64,000 nt of DNA from assembly GCA_034780895.1 (NCBI GenBank), contig JAUZTB010000069.1, forward strand, positions 13,043,419 to 13,107,418, in the 5' to 3' direction. Below are positions 38,401 through 47,200 of the stretch, piece by piece. The position numbers were made by a program, and so were the translations under genes. The first letter of the stretch is position 1; the number at the start of each line of letters is the position of its first letter. The notes below the pieces were generated by a model. The model had not been told where the DNA came from. It saw nothing but the letters and a program-made list of their open reading frames with translations, and searched no databases. This stretch comes from Rhynchobatus australiae (lineage: Eukaryota).

Positions 38401-41314
38401 TAATCTTTCACTGAAAACTGTCAAAGTAAAACACACTTTTGAAGAAATACCCGCCTTACTTGTGTTAGTGCCAAGACTTTAACACGGTCATCAGAATGCT
38501 GAAGTCCCTTCTGGAGTTCCAGCTGGTAATTTTGAGCCAGGAAGACTGGTTCCAAAGCTTGCAGAAGTCGCTCCAGAATGGCAACACACACATCAATTTG
38601 TTCCCTGAACAAAGAGGGACAATTGGATATAGATAAAACAGAATATTAAAAAAATACTGGGCCAAGCACACAACTTACCAGGCAAAACAAGATAAGAGAG
38701 AGCTGATGGGACAATGGTTCATAAGTTATTTTATCTAGCTTGGCAGTCAAGAACCAGGACTCAGCCTCACCAGAAAATGTCAGCTTAAGCAGAGAAGAAA
38801 GTTCTGAATATCTTGAATCTCTATAATCCTCTATCCCAGAGGGATGATACGCTCAGCATATTAAAACAAAAATGAAGCTGATAGGCTTTTGAACACTGAT
38901 GTAATCAAAGAGGGGAGTTGGAAATTCAGTTCTGCTCCAAGTGAATGGCAGTGCAGGCTCATGGAATTGTGTCACCTTTTCCTGCTCTTTTGTTTTTAAA
39001 TGAGCATGTATCATTCTTTGATCAGTAGCTAATTTATATGTTTAAAAAATCAGTTTTAAACAGTTTTTTTATATAATGTAACTCAGTTACTGATCAAAGT
39101 GCATTGTATTGAAAACCAGTGACAATTCAAAATAGTACAAGAGGCAAGTTTAAAATTTTGCATTTTATAGCACCCCTTACATATTTATCCTAAAACATTA
39201 ACAATCTGTTAGGCGGTGTAATCACTATAACAATATATGTAAAACCCATAACAGTTTGTAGCAAAGTTTCATGAACACCAATCAAAATATGTTGAACTTT
39301 GGATGAGTGAACAATAATAATTTGATGGAGCTTGCTCGTGTAATACTTCCTGTGCTTTGTTTTGCTTATTGGAACATCACTAAGTACGTTGTACCTGAAA
39401 ATGTGATGACAATTAGAAGAAATGTAGCTTTAAAACACAATATTTTGAAACAGCTAGTTAATGTTGGGAACATTTAGGCAGCTTCCCCAAACTGAATACA
39501 TTTCAGAAAGGGAATTATTGTACTTGGTGAATGTGACCACATTTTCAACATTTTCTGTTTAGAAATTACCAAGTAAGTTCAGTAAATTTATCAGCTATCA
39601 GAACATGTCATACCTATTAATGGGACCATCTTCCAGAAGAAATTCAGAAACATGGCAGAATCAATGATTAGATTTAGTGTGCAAATTATAAATATACTGG
39701 CCCTAGAATTACCCAGTTTAGTAAAATGTGCAATTTGTTTTTAGAATGCAAGAAGCAATTTTTGAACAGCATCACCAGGCTTTGTGGACTAGACTCATCT
39801 GCATCTCGGTTCAGTATTACCTTTTGACTTGGTTGGTAAAATGATTATATTCTTCAGAACTAATCATAAAAGTAATTTTTAAAAAATCACCCCAAATCCA
39901 TCCAACTAATTGTAGAGCAACAAAAAAAATCTGCAGGAGGAACTGAGCAGGCCAAGCAAGATCTGTGGGAGGAAAGGAATTGTTGACGTTTCATGTCTAA
40001 ACCTTGCATCAGGACCAACTGAGTTCCTCCGGCAGATTACTTTTTACTCCATATTCAAGTACTTGCAGTCTCTTGCATCTCCAGCTAATTGTAGATCTTC
40101 CTGGTTATGTTCTCAGGCATGAAGACACATCTTGGTGATACTTTACTATAAATTCAGGATGCTGTCATTAAACATTGACCAAAGCTGATGAAACCATGTC
40201 ACAGTCCTACACCAAGATCTAACAACAACCACTTCAAAGACAGCTCTTGCTCCACCCCTTCCCTCCACCTTTTTATACTAGCTGTCTCCCCCACTTTCTT
40301 TCCAGTCCTGATGAAGGGTCTCGACCTGAAACATCAACTGTCCATTCCCCTCCATTGATGCTGCCTGACCCGCTGAGTTCCTCCAGAACTTTGTGTGTTA
40401 CTTCAAAAGTCAAGTTTATGTCATATGCACAAGTACATGCATGCACAGGTGCAATGAAAAAACTCACTTGCAGCAGCATTACAAGCACAGGTACACAGCA
40501 TTCACAAGAAAAGCATAAATTAACAACATAAATTATACAAGAAAGAACACAACTACAACAAGAAAAACAAAGTCTATTGTCATGCACAATGGCCAGAGTG
40601 GTCATGGTAGCGTAGCAGTTAGCATAATACTTTACAGCACTAGTGACCTGGGTTCAAATCTAGCCACTGTCTGTAAGGAGTTTGTATGTTCTCCTCGTAT
40701 CTGCGTGGGTTTCCTCTGGGTGCTCCAGTTCCCTCCCACATTCCAAAGACGTACAATTAGGAAGTTGTGGGCATGCTATGTTGGCGCCAGAAGCGTGGCG
40801 ACACTTGTGGTCTGCCCCCAGAACACTCTACTCAAAAGATGAATTTCACTGTGTGTTTCGATGTACATGTGACCAATAAAGAAATCGGATCCTACTGTTA
40901 GGGTTGTGCAGGTTGGTTCAAGAACCGAATGGAAGCCGTGCTTGAACCTGGTGGTGTGGGACCAGGCTTCTGTACCTCCTGCCCCGTAGCAGATGCAGCC
41001 AAGGCCACGTGCACAAGGAGCGAGAGGAGAGCAGGATGACGGCCGGGCTCACCAACCTGCGTGGTGTGACTGCTGATGGACCTCTCTCGGGGCCCCACCA
41101 ATTCATTCCCCTCTGCAGTCCCGGCCCCGCGCCCCACCCACCTGTCATCGCAATCCAGCAGGTTGAACAACACCCCAAAGCGCAGGCCCGTCGCCAGTTC
41201 CCGCAGCGTGTTCAGCGGCACGGAATTCACAGCAGCCTTCAAACTGTTCAGCTCCACCAGAGGCTCCTCCAGCTCCGCGATCTCCCTCAGCAGCTCGGTC
41301 ACCGAGGCCGCCAT
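23246..41314 (-). CDS. PSMD5: 26S proteasome non-ATPase regulatory subunit 5 (S5b assembly chaperone), 10 exons; last ~30 codons fall in N gap
   Basis: complement(join(23246-23408,24617-24757,28430-28539,29057-29248,30340-30482,31321-31430,33954-34082,37505-37618,38460-38604,41142-41314)); all GT-AG, phases consistent; peptides match recalled PSMD5 ([38 protein letters not shown]). Confidence 0.97.
24617..24757 (-). CDS. PSMD5: PSMD5 exon 9 ([16 protein letters not shown]...[15 protein letters not shown])
   Basis: tttcatag acceptor, ACT|gtgagt donor, 141 nt. Confidence 0.95.
25310..26360 (-). mobile_element. Decayed Rex1/Babar-like LINE fragment
   Basis: [16 protein letters not shown] translation; similar tail to other copies. 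Confidence 0.65.
26370..26640 (-). mobile_element. V-SINE (HE1-like)
   Basis: Closely similar to 7245-7660 copy. Confidence 0.8.
27265..27620 (+). mobile_element. CR1 3' fragment
   Basis: agaactaggg..atttaaaaataaggggtcatccattcaaga..; tttaaggcagaagtagaaagattct typical CR1 3' end. Confidence 0.6.
28430..28539 (-). CDS. PSMD5: PSMD5 exon 8 ([12 protein letters not shown]...[13 protein letters not shown])
   Basis: atacaag acceptor, CCA|gtgagt donor, 110 nt. Confidence 0.93.
29057..29248 (-). CDS. PSMD5: PSMD5 exon 7 ([22 protein letters not shown]...KQVLNKT)
   Basis: cctttgtag acceptor, G|gtagac donor, 192 nt. Confidence 0.95.
30340..30482 (-). CDS. PSMD5: PSMD5 exon 6 ([22 protein letters not shown]...DPFSGFYLP)
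   Basis: tttcag acceptor, A|gtaagt donor, 143 nt. Confidence 0.95.
31321..31430 (-). CDS. PSMD5: PSMD5 exon 5 ([16 protein letters not shown]...GDDVLIR)
   Basis: ttgcag acceptor, AG|gtgaga donor, 110 nt. Confidence 0.95.
31790..32220 (+). mobile_element. Rex1/Babar-like LINE 3' fragment
   Basis: [29 protein letters not shown] translation followed by tail ending aataaac. Confidence 0.75.
33954..34082 (-). CDS. PSMD5: PSMD5 exon 4 ([10 protein letters not shown]...VRYRIYE)
   Basis: tttcag acceptor, GAG|gtacag donor, 129 nt. Confidence 0.95.
36233..37185. repeat. Local inverted duplication (~250-bp arms, ~450-bp spacer) in PSMD5 intron 3
   Basis: 36233-36482 is the reverse complement of 36932-37185 with few differences. 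Confidence 0.9.
37505..37618 (-). CDS. PSMD5: PSMD5 exon 3 ([11 protein letters not shown]...[10 protein letters not shown])
   Basis: ttttctag acceptor, GAG|gtaagg donor, 114 nt. Confidence 0.95.
38460..38604 (-). CDS. PSMD5: PSMD5 exon 2 ([19 protein letters not shown]...LALTQ)
   Basis: gttcag acceptor, CAA|gtaagg donor, 145 nt. Confidence 0.95.
40247..40400 (+). mobile_element. Penelope-type terminal repeat with degenerate minimal hammerhead ribozyme motif (40303-40340)
   Basis: CAGTC-CTGATGA-AGGGTCTCGACCT-GAAAC-ATC-AACTG followed by gatgctgcctgacccgctgagttcctccag. Confidence 0.65.
40600..40886 (+). mobile_element. V-SINE (HE1-like), full length
   Basis: A-box tagcgtagcag, B-box ggttcaaatc, V-core ctgcgtgggtttcctctgggtgctccag, tail gatgtacatgtgaccaataaa. 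Confidence 0.8.
41142..41314 (-). CDS. PSMD5: PSMD5 exon 1 ([19 protein letters not shown]...LDCDD)
   Basis: ATG at 41314 in AAGATGGCG context; donor AG|gtgggt; 173 nt. Confidence 0.95.
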
Positions 41315-41317
41315 CTT
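41307..41317 (-). promoter_or_regulatory. YY1 motif overlapping PSMD5 start codon
   Basis: AAGATGGCGGC on minus strand. Confidence 0.55.
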
Positions 41318-41353
41318 CACCGTCCCTCCCACACGGCGGGCCGCAGAGCGTCT

Positions 41354-41390
41354 TCTCGCGATACTTCGGCGCGAGGAAGATCTCGCGATA
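41354..41390. promoter_or_regulatory. Tandem CGCG elements (TCTCGCGATA x2; BANP/ZBTB33-type motif)
   Basis: TCTCGCGATA at 41354-41363 and 41381-41390, third CGCGAG at 41370-41375; one mismatch to TCTCGCGAGA. Confidence 0.7.
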
Positions 41391-41431
41391 GAATGCACAA
41401 ACGCCCCGCTCCTTGGATTGTGTTGTGTACC

Positions 41432-41445
41432 GTTGCCGGGGCAAC
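41432..41445. promoter_or_regulatory. RFX X-box
   Basis: GTTGCCGGGGCAAC: perfect GTTGCC-NN-GGCAAC palindrome. Confidence 0.75.
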
Positions 41446-41599
41446 CGTGCAGCCTCGCCAGGGCTTTCGCCTCAACACCCTTCTAAATCATGCAAAGGCC
41501 AGTTGTAGACTAAAGCTCAGCTCGACGTCTTCACAAAGGTAGTGGTTGCGAAGATATTTTCCTCTTAGCATTGCTCATTGAATTGTGTGTAATGGTAGG

Positions 41600-42075
41600 G
41601 TTGGCAGAGAGGTATTGAAAGGGAAATGGTTTGATGGGGAATTGTTTCCACTGGTGGGGGAGAGGTTAAGGATCAATAGGAGCTATAAATATACAAGGAG
41701 CTATAAATATAAGATATTTACTAATAAATCCAAATTCAGGAGCAACTTCTTTAACCAGGGCTTAGTTACTACCTCAATGCACTCTGTACTAACTCAGTGT
41801 AACTGCACTGTGCAATGATTTGATCTGTACAATCGAAAAAGACAAGTTTTTCACTGTACTTCGGTACAAGTGACAATAACAAACCATTACCAATAGTTAC
41901 AACATGGAAGTCACTGCCACCTGAAGTAGTTGAGATGACTAAGATAAATGCACTTAAAGAGAAGCTTAATACAGGAGGGAGCAAGAAATAGAAGAGCAGT
42001 GTTAGATGCAGAGGTGTGGGAGGAATCTTACCAGAAACCCCGCATGAAATAGTTGGGCTGAATAGTCTGTTTCTC
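41600..42075 (+). mobile_element. Decayed CR1 3' fragment with inserted LINE tail
   Basis: ttgtttccactggtgggg..aaatataagatatt.actaataaatccaa..ttcaggag..acttctttaacca; ttgggctgaat tail. Confidence 0.55.
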
Positions 42076-44225
42076 ACTGGGTATTCTTCCATTTATGAAA
42101 GGATTCCTGGAAAAAGTCTTATTAAGTGCAATTTTGTAAATAAAAAATGGTGGGTGAAATGTATGATGTGTTTTGGTATATTGTATTGCTACTGTTATGG
42201 AGAGGCACAGTATTCATTGTAATAAAAATAGATTTGTAAATTGAAGACACACACTAAAGAGTCAACTGCATTACAGCAAAGATTTATGAATAGAATGTTT
42301 ACGAATTGAGGAGTGCCTATGTATGATTGCCTGCAGTGTCTTAGGGTGGCATGGTGGCCCAGAAGTTAGTATCACTGCCTCAAAACTTGGGGACTATACA
42401 CGCCCTCGATGGGTTACAAACACCTGAATGATGGACCCCTGTACATATGAACAAGCTCACATAAATATTATTAAATTCAAATGAAAACCAGTCTTGGAAA
42501 AAAAACTGCTTACAGTCTGCCACTTTCACTGTGGGAGGCCATTCAAGTGAGTTCCTTTGGAAATTAACAAGCAATCTCTTCTACTGATACTTGCCCAACA
42601 ATATGCTGTAACATCCACTGATACTTGAAGGCCATTGAAACCAGCCATTGAGCATGGGACATCCTGATACTGTACCATTGTAACTAGGCAAGGGAAGACA
42701 AAAAATAAACGTTCATGTTATTGGTCCTCAACAACACTGTTCATTACAATACTGTGGAGGTATGGTTAACATATCAAGTGATTCTGTATATTTTTTGACA
42801 TGGACAAAATCTACTTATGGATGTCTGTAAAAATGGAACCAGTTCATAACCCAGGGACAGCCTGGGTTCATAACCCAGGGTGACCTCTGTATGGAGTTTG
42901 CACATTCCCTCCATGACTACATGTGTTTCTTATTTTCCTTCCACATCCTAAAGATATATTAGTAGGTCAATTAGCTACTGCAAATTACAGTAAAAAATGG
43001 CAAAATGAATAAAAGGGAGTTTTAGCCATGTGGAGAAATTGCAAGAGTACAAGGAAATAGAGAGGGAATGGGGTTAATAGGATTGTTCTTTTGAGAACAA
43101 ACATGAACCAATGAGTCAAATCTCCTTCTGTATAAGGATAAGTATGCACAATTTTTAGAATTACTGTGCACACACAGTTCTTGAGAGACTAGCTGCTTCA
43201 ACTTACCAAATGCAATAGTAGGAAAATGACAAAAAAGTGCAAAACATAGCAAAATTGACCGGAAGCATTTACGGGCTTTATCCAACACCACTGCTAAACA
43301 ATTTGGATTGTCTCAGAATTTAACAATAGTTTTCAAAAGGGGTTTTCCAAATTCTGAAAATAGAAAAAAAATTGCAGGGCTAAAGGGAAAGGGGACAGGA
43401 GAAAAACAGGGTGACAAGGATAGCTCTTCCAAAGTGATGGCTCAAGTTCAAAAGGCCTCCTGTGCTGTATTGTTCTCTGATTTTAATCCATCTGCCTTGG
43501 GCTATGCATTCCATGCGTGTTAGCTGTTTATTGCTTAGTGAGAAAAAACTGGCAAATGTTATAAAACTGAACTTTTGCAAGTTGTGTTCTGGAGCAGAGT
43601 TATAGTGTTTTAAAATAAGCTAACTGGAGAGCTATCCTTTGTGTTTATTGCTTATAATCTTTCTACTGACAAGTAATCTAAATGTTAATTTATAAAAATT
43701 GTCATCATTGGAAGCTTTATCTACATTGGAAACTGCCCTCCTTGAGGTGAGAGTTAACTGCTGTGTTTTGCCTAGTGGCTGGTGTGAACTCAGACCCAAC
43801 TCAGAAGTGGTGATTAAGAGCATTATAGACATACCTTTTTGAATTGGTAGTTCATGAAGAGTGAAAGGGACAAAGGCTAATAGATTGTTGATCAGAATAA
43901 GATTAAAAATGAAATACAGAAACTGTATTTCATTTTGACTAGCTCATTGACTTTTAGAAAACATGCACTTTCAGATGAATCAGGGCACTTTAGTTAGGTT
44001 ATATGAAGAATTTAAAAATTGTCAAAGAACTGTTTATGGTTCCATTACTACTTTGGAACTGGAATATTTTGAAGAAAGATAACAGATATAAAATTGTGCA
44101 AATAGTACCATGTTGTATGCTTCTGTGTTTTTGAATTTGTTTTTTTTCTTGAATTGTATTCTTTCCATTTCATTTAGAAATTATTTCCTTTCCTGGTGCT
44201 GATTCATTTTGGGTGACTTTCTAAG

Positions 44226-44285
44226 ATGGATGAGGTTCGTGTGGTACCCAGTGGAAAGGTCTACAGGCAAATCTTTGATGCAGAG
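44226..44285 (+). CDS. CCDC180: CCDC180 first coding exon ([20 protein letters not shown])
   Basis: ATG 44226; GAG|gtatat donor. Confidence 0.9.
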
Positions 44286-47200
44286 GTATATTCAAAATTA
44301 ATTCCTAATCTAATCACAGTATAAGCACAGTGCATCTTAATGCTGTAAAAGCTATTGTGCTTCATATTAGCCTAGTTGTTAGCTCTACTTGTGGGCATAG
44401 TTTGTTATGGCTGGAGTGGGTGGGATGGGACTATGCTAATATGAGGCCTGTATCATTTTAAGTCCAGAGCCTTATTGCCATATTTGAGAAACGGTAATTT
44501 CAAAGGCACGAGAGTGACTTGTGGGTATAGTCGCTGCCATTAAGATGAAGAATGAGCCATCCATCACAAATTGGGATCAAGGGAAGGGGAGGCAAGCTCT
44601 GAGCAGGGGAGACCAAGCTTTCTTTGTGGCCATTAGAGGACCTTTCTTGCACCTACNNNNNNNNNNNNNNNNNNNNNNNNNNNNNNNNNNNNNNNNNNNN
44701 NNNNNNNNNNNNNNNNNNNNNNNNNNNNNNNNNNNNNNNNNNNNNNNNNNNNNNNNTACTGGCCCAAAACAAAAGCTCAAAAAAGATTAAAACAGTGATC
44801 CTCTTCAGGACGTTATCCTTCTGGACAACTTTATCAGTGCCTGTCCCAGAATGGAACGTCACTGCAGTGATCAGGAGAAAAACATCACATTAGTGGCCCA
44901 AATTATACCATCAGACCTTGAACTTTAAATGATCTAACAATGTAGTATAACCATCACTTAAAACAGTAGTACACATGAATGTAGCAGGAAGTACCTGAAT
45001 GCTATTTTAATCACCTGCCTGACCTGCCTTATAAGTGTGCAGGATTAAAATCAGCCCTATTGTATCTGTTGAGGTTAGTTTGGCAGCTTTTCTACATTTT
45101 AGAAAGTTTATGAAGTACTTTACTGAACAGATATTCACTTTGATTGAGTTATGGAATGGTAGCACTTATATTCAGAGTGAGAGTTGTGACATAGATCTGG
45201 ATGTTCTTATTGTTAATTCATCTGATCTAATGGAATGGACAGCACAGTTAGTGACAACCAGTCAGAAAACATCTCTGCTATTGAGAAAGCAGGCTGTAAA
45301 GAACAATCACTAATCACTGTGATTCACAGATCAGAGGATTATGGAGAATTATTGATAATCATTATGATTGAAGGAGTATGGCTAAATTCATATAAATCAA
45401 ATTTTTACAATGCAAATCAGCAAAAATTCCAAAGTTTTTCCAGTAATTTGTGAAATATACATATCTGAGATGCATTATTAGAAAAATAATCACCACACAG
45501 AGCAGCAACCTTACAGCTTTTAGTAATAAAATTAAGGGACAATTAAGGTAATTTTAGCCAGGCTAATTAAATTCCTCCACACTCCAGTATTGATTTGACC
45601 AGATAAACCCTCCACACGTTGGGATGATTGGCCTGTTCCTGCAATGTAAATACAATGTGTAATGACTAATTCAGGGTTAAATTAGCAGTTTCACATTGAG
45701 GATACTGAACAGCTGCTGTGGGAATTAGAAGCCTGGTGTGATGGAGTTCTGAGGTAGTGTTGTAGAGTACAATGTGCATCATGAAGCTAGTAAAGATATA
45801 ATTAGTCTCATTAATGTGAGAAATATTAGTTTGTTATTATATTATCTTCCTTTCAAAAAGATACATTTTAATTTTCTTAAATTCTGCACGTCTGTAAAGG
45901 TTCAGCTTGTCCGTACACTGGGTGAAACAAGAAGAAAATCCCTGTGCCATGATATTCACTTTGGCAATGGGAGGATTCCCATCATTCGGAATTTGGACAC
46001 ACCAGTAGGGTATATCCTCTCACAACGTCAACGTTCCTGGATGGAGGGGTTAACGAATGATGGGTACATTGAAAATCCAGTGTTGCGCAGGTAACAGTGG
46101 AACTCAATCACAGTGTGATATTTTCAAAGCTACCTTAATTTTGATACACTCTGCACTTAAACCATGTGGTTGACATGACTGATTTCATGTCACACATGAA
46201 ACCAGTGTGACATGTTTAGTTAGGGTGTATAGAACAATGCCCTTCCTGTTGGCAGATGCATCAAGGACCATTGGAACAAATTTAAATGTTCCAAAGTGGA
46301 ACAATGTGGATGTGAGAAAAACTTGTTTTTGTGTTAAGAATTCTGATCATCGGAACCCAGTACCAAAAAGGATGTGGAAGTAGGGGTCATCAGGGGTTTC
46401 AAAAGGTGACTGGTTAAGCATGAGAGAAACTATTTACTAGGATGAGGAGAAAGAGGTGGGAAATGAGACTGAATGAATTGCTCCTACAGGGAACTGGCAT
46501 ATACTCGATGGGCTGAATTGCCTTCTGTGCCATAATGATTGTGTACTATGATTCAATAGTATCTGATAGCATAGTAATATAAATCCCATCTGAAATTTAA
46601 TCAATAGATTTCTGGTGGGATTTGATTATCTTTATCTTACACAATAGTTCCTTAAGAGGGACAACTCATGTTGAATTTCTTATGGATTTCTATCAGTTTT
46701 TCTATTAAAACACATCTTAAGTTTACCAGCTTTTTAATTTCATTCCTTCTGGTATCTCACACCTACTGCAGTCACAAACTAATCTTGAAATATTGTTTCA
46801 TAGGCAGCATTACTTCAATTCTTGGCTCAAAATGCTATTCTTTTTGTGTGAGCTTGCATCAGCAGACTCTCGGGTTGAGAGAGCATCACAGTTAAACCTG
46901 ATCCTACCACCCACTAGTTGGCAATGTTTGATCAGTTCTAGCAAGGATCAGAAGCAAAGATCTGGCTATTTTCACTTTCCCTATTCAAAGTGTTGAGCTA
47001 AAATGCAGTACTTTTGGCCCTACAAATTGCTGGGCACAGAGCAAAATTTACAGGAGCTACCATAGGATCTAAACAATTTAGATAGAGGAAGACAGGCAAC
47101 AATGTAAATTCTGAGATGAGTATGGTGTAGTGGGGGAACAAATGATTTTACAGTTTAGGTTTTAAAATAATTTAATATTTTCAAATTTTAAACTATTACA

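Larger units (their letters stand above)
41000..41560. promoter_or_regulatory. CpG island / bidirectional promoter of PSMD5 and CCDC180
   Basis: Only strongly GC- and CpG-rich segment of the window; overlaps PSMD5 exon 1; divergent CCDC180 start 2.9 kb downstream; candidate non-coding first-exon donor AAAG|gtagtg after 41538. Confidence 0.85.

Noticed and set aside
40600-40670. tRNA-like A/B boxes
   Set aside because: Head of a tRNA-derived SINE, not a tRNA gene.
41315-41398. N-terminal extension of PSMD5 from upstream non-ATG start in ORF track
   Set aside because: Homology starts at MAASV; the extension overlaps promoter motifs.
41009-41542. 177-aa and 136-aa plus-strand ORFs antisense to PSMD5 exon 1
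   Set aside because: Expected stop-poor frames in a GC-rich CpG island; no recognisable protein features.
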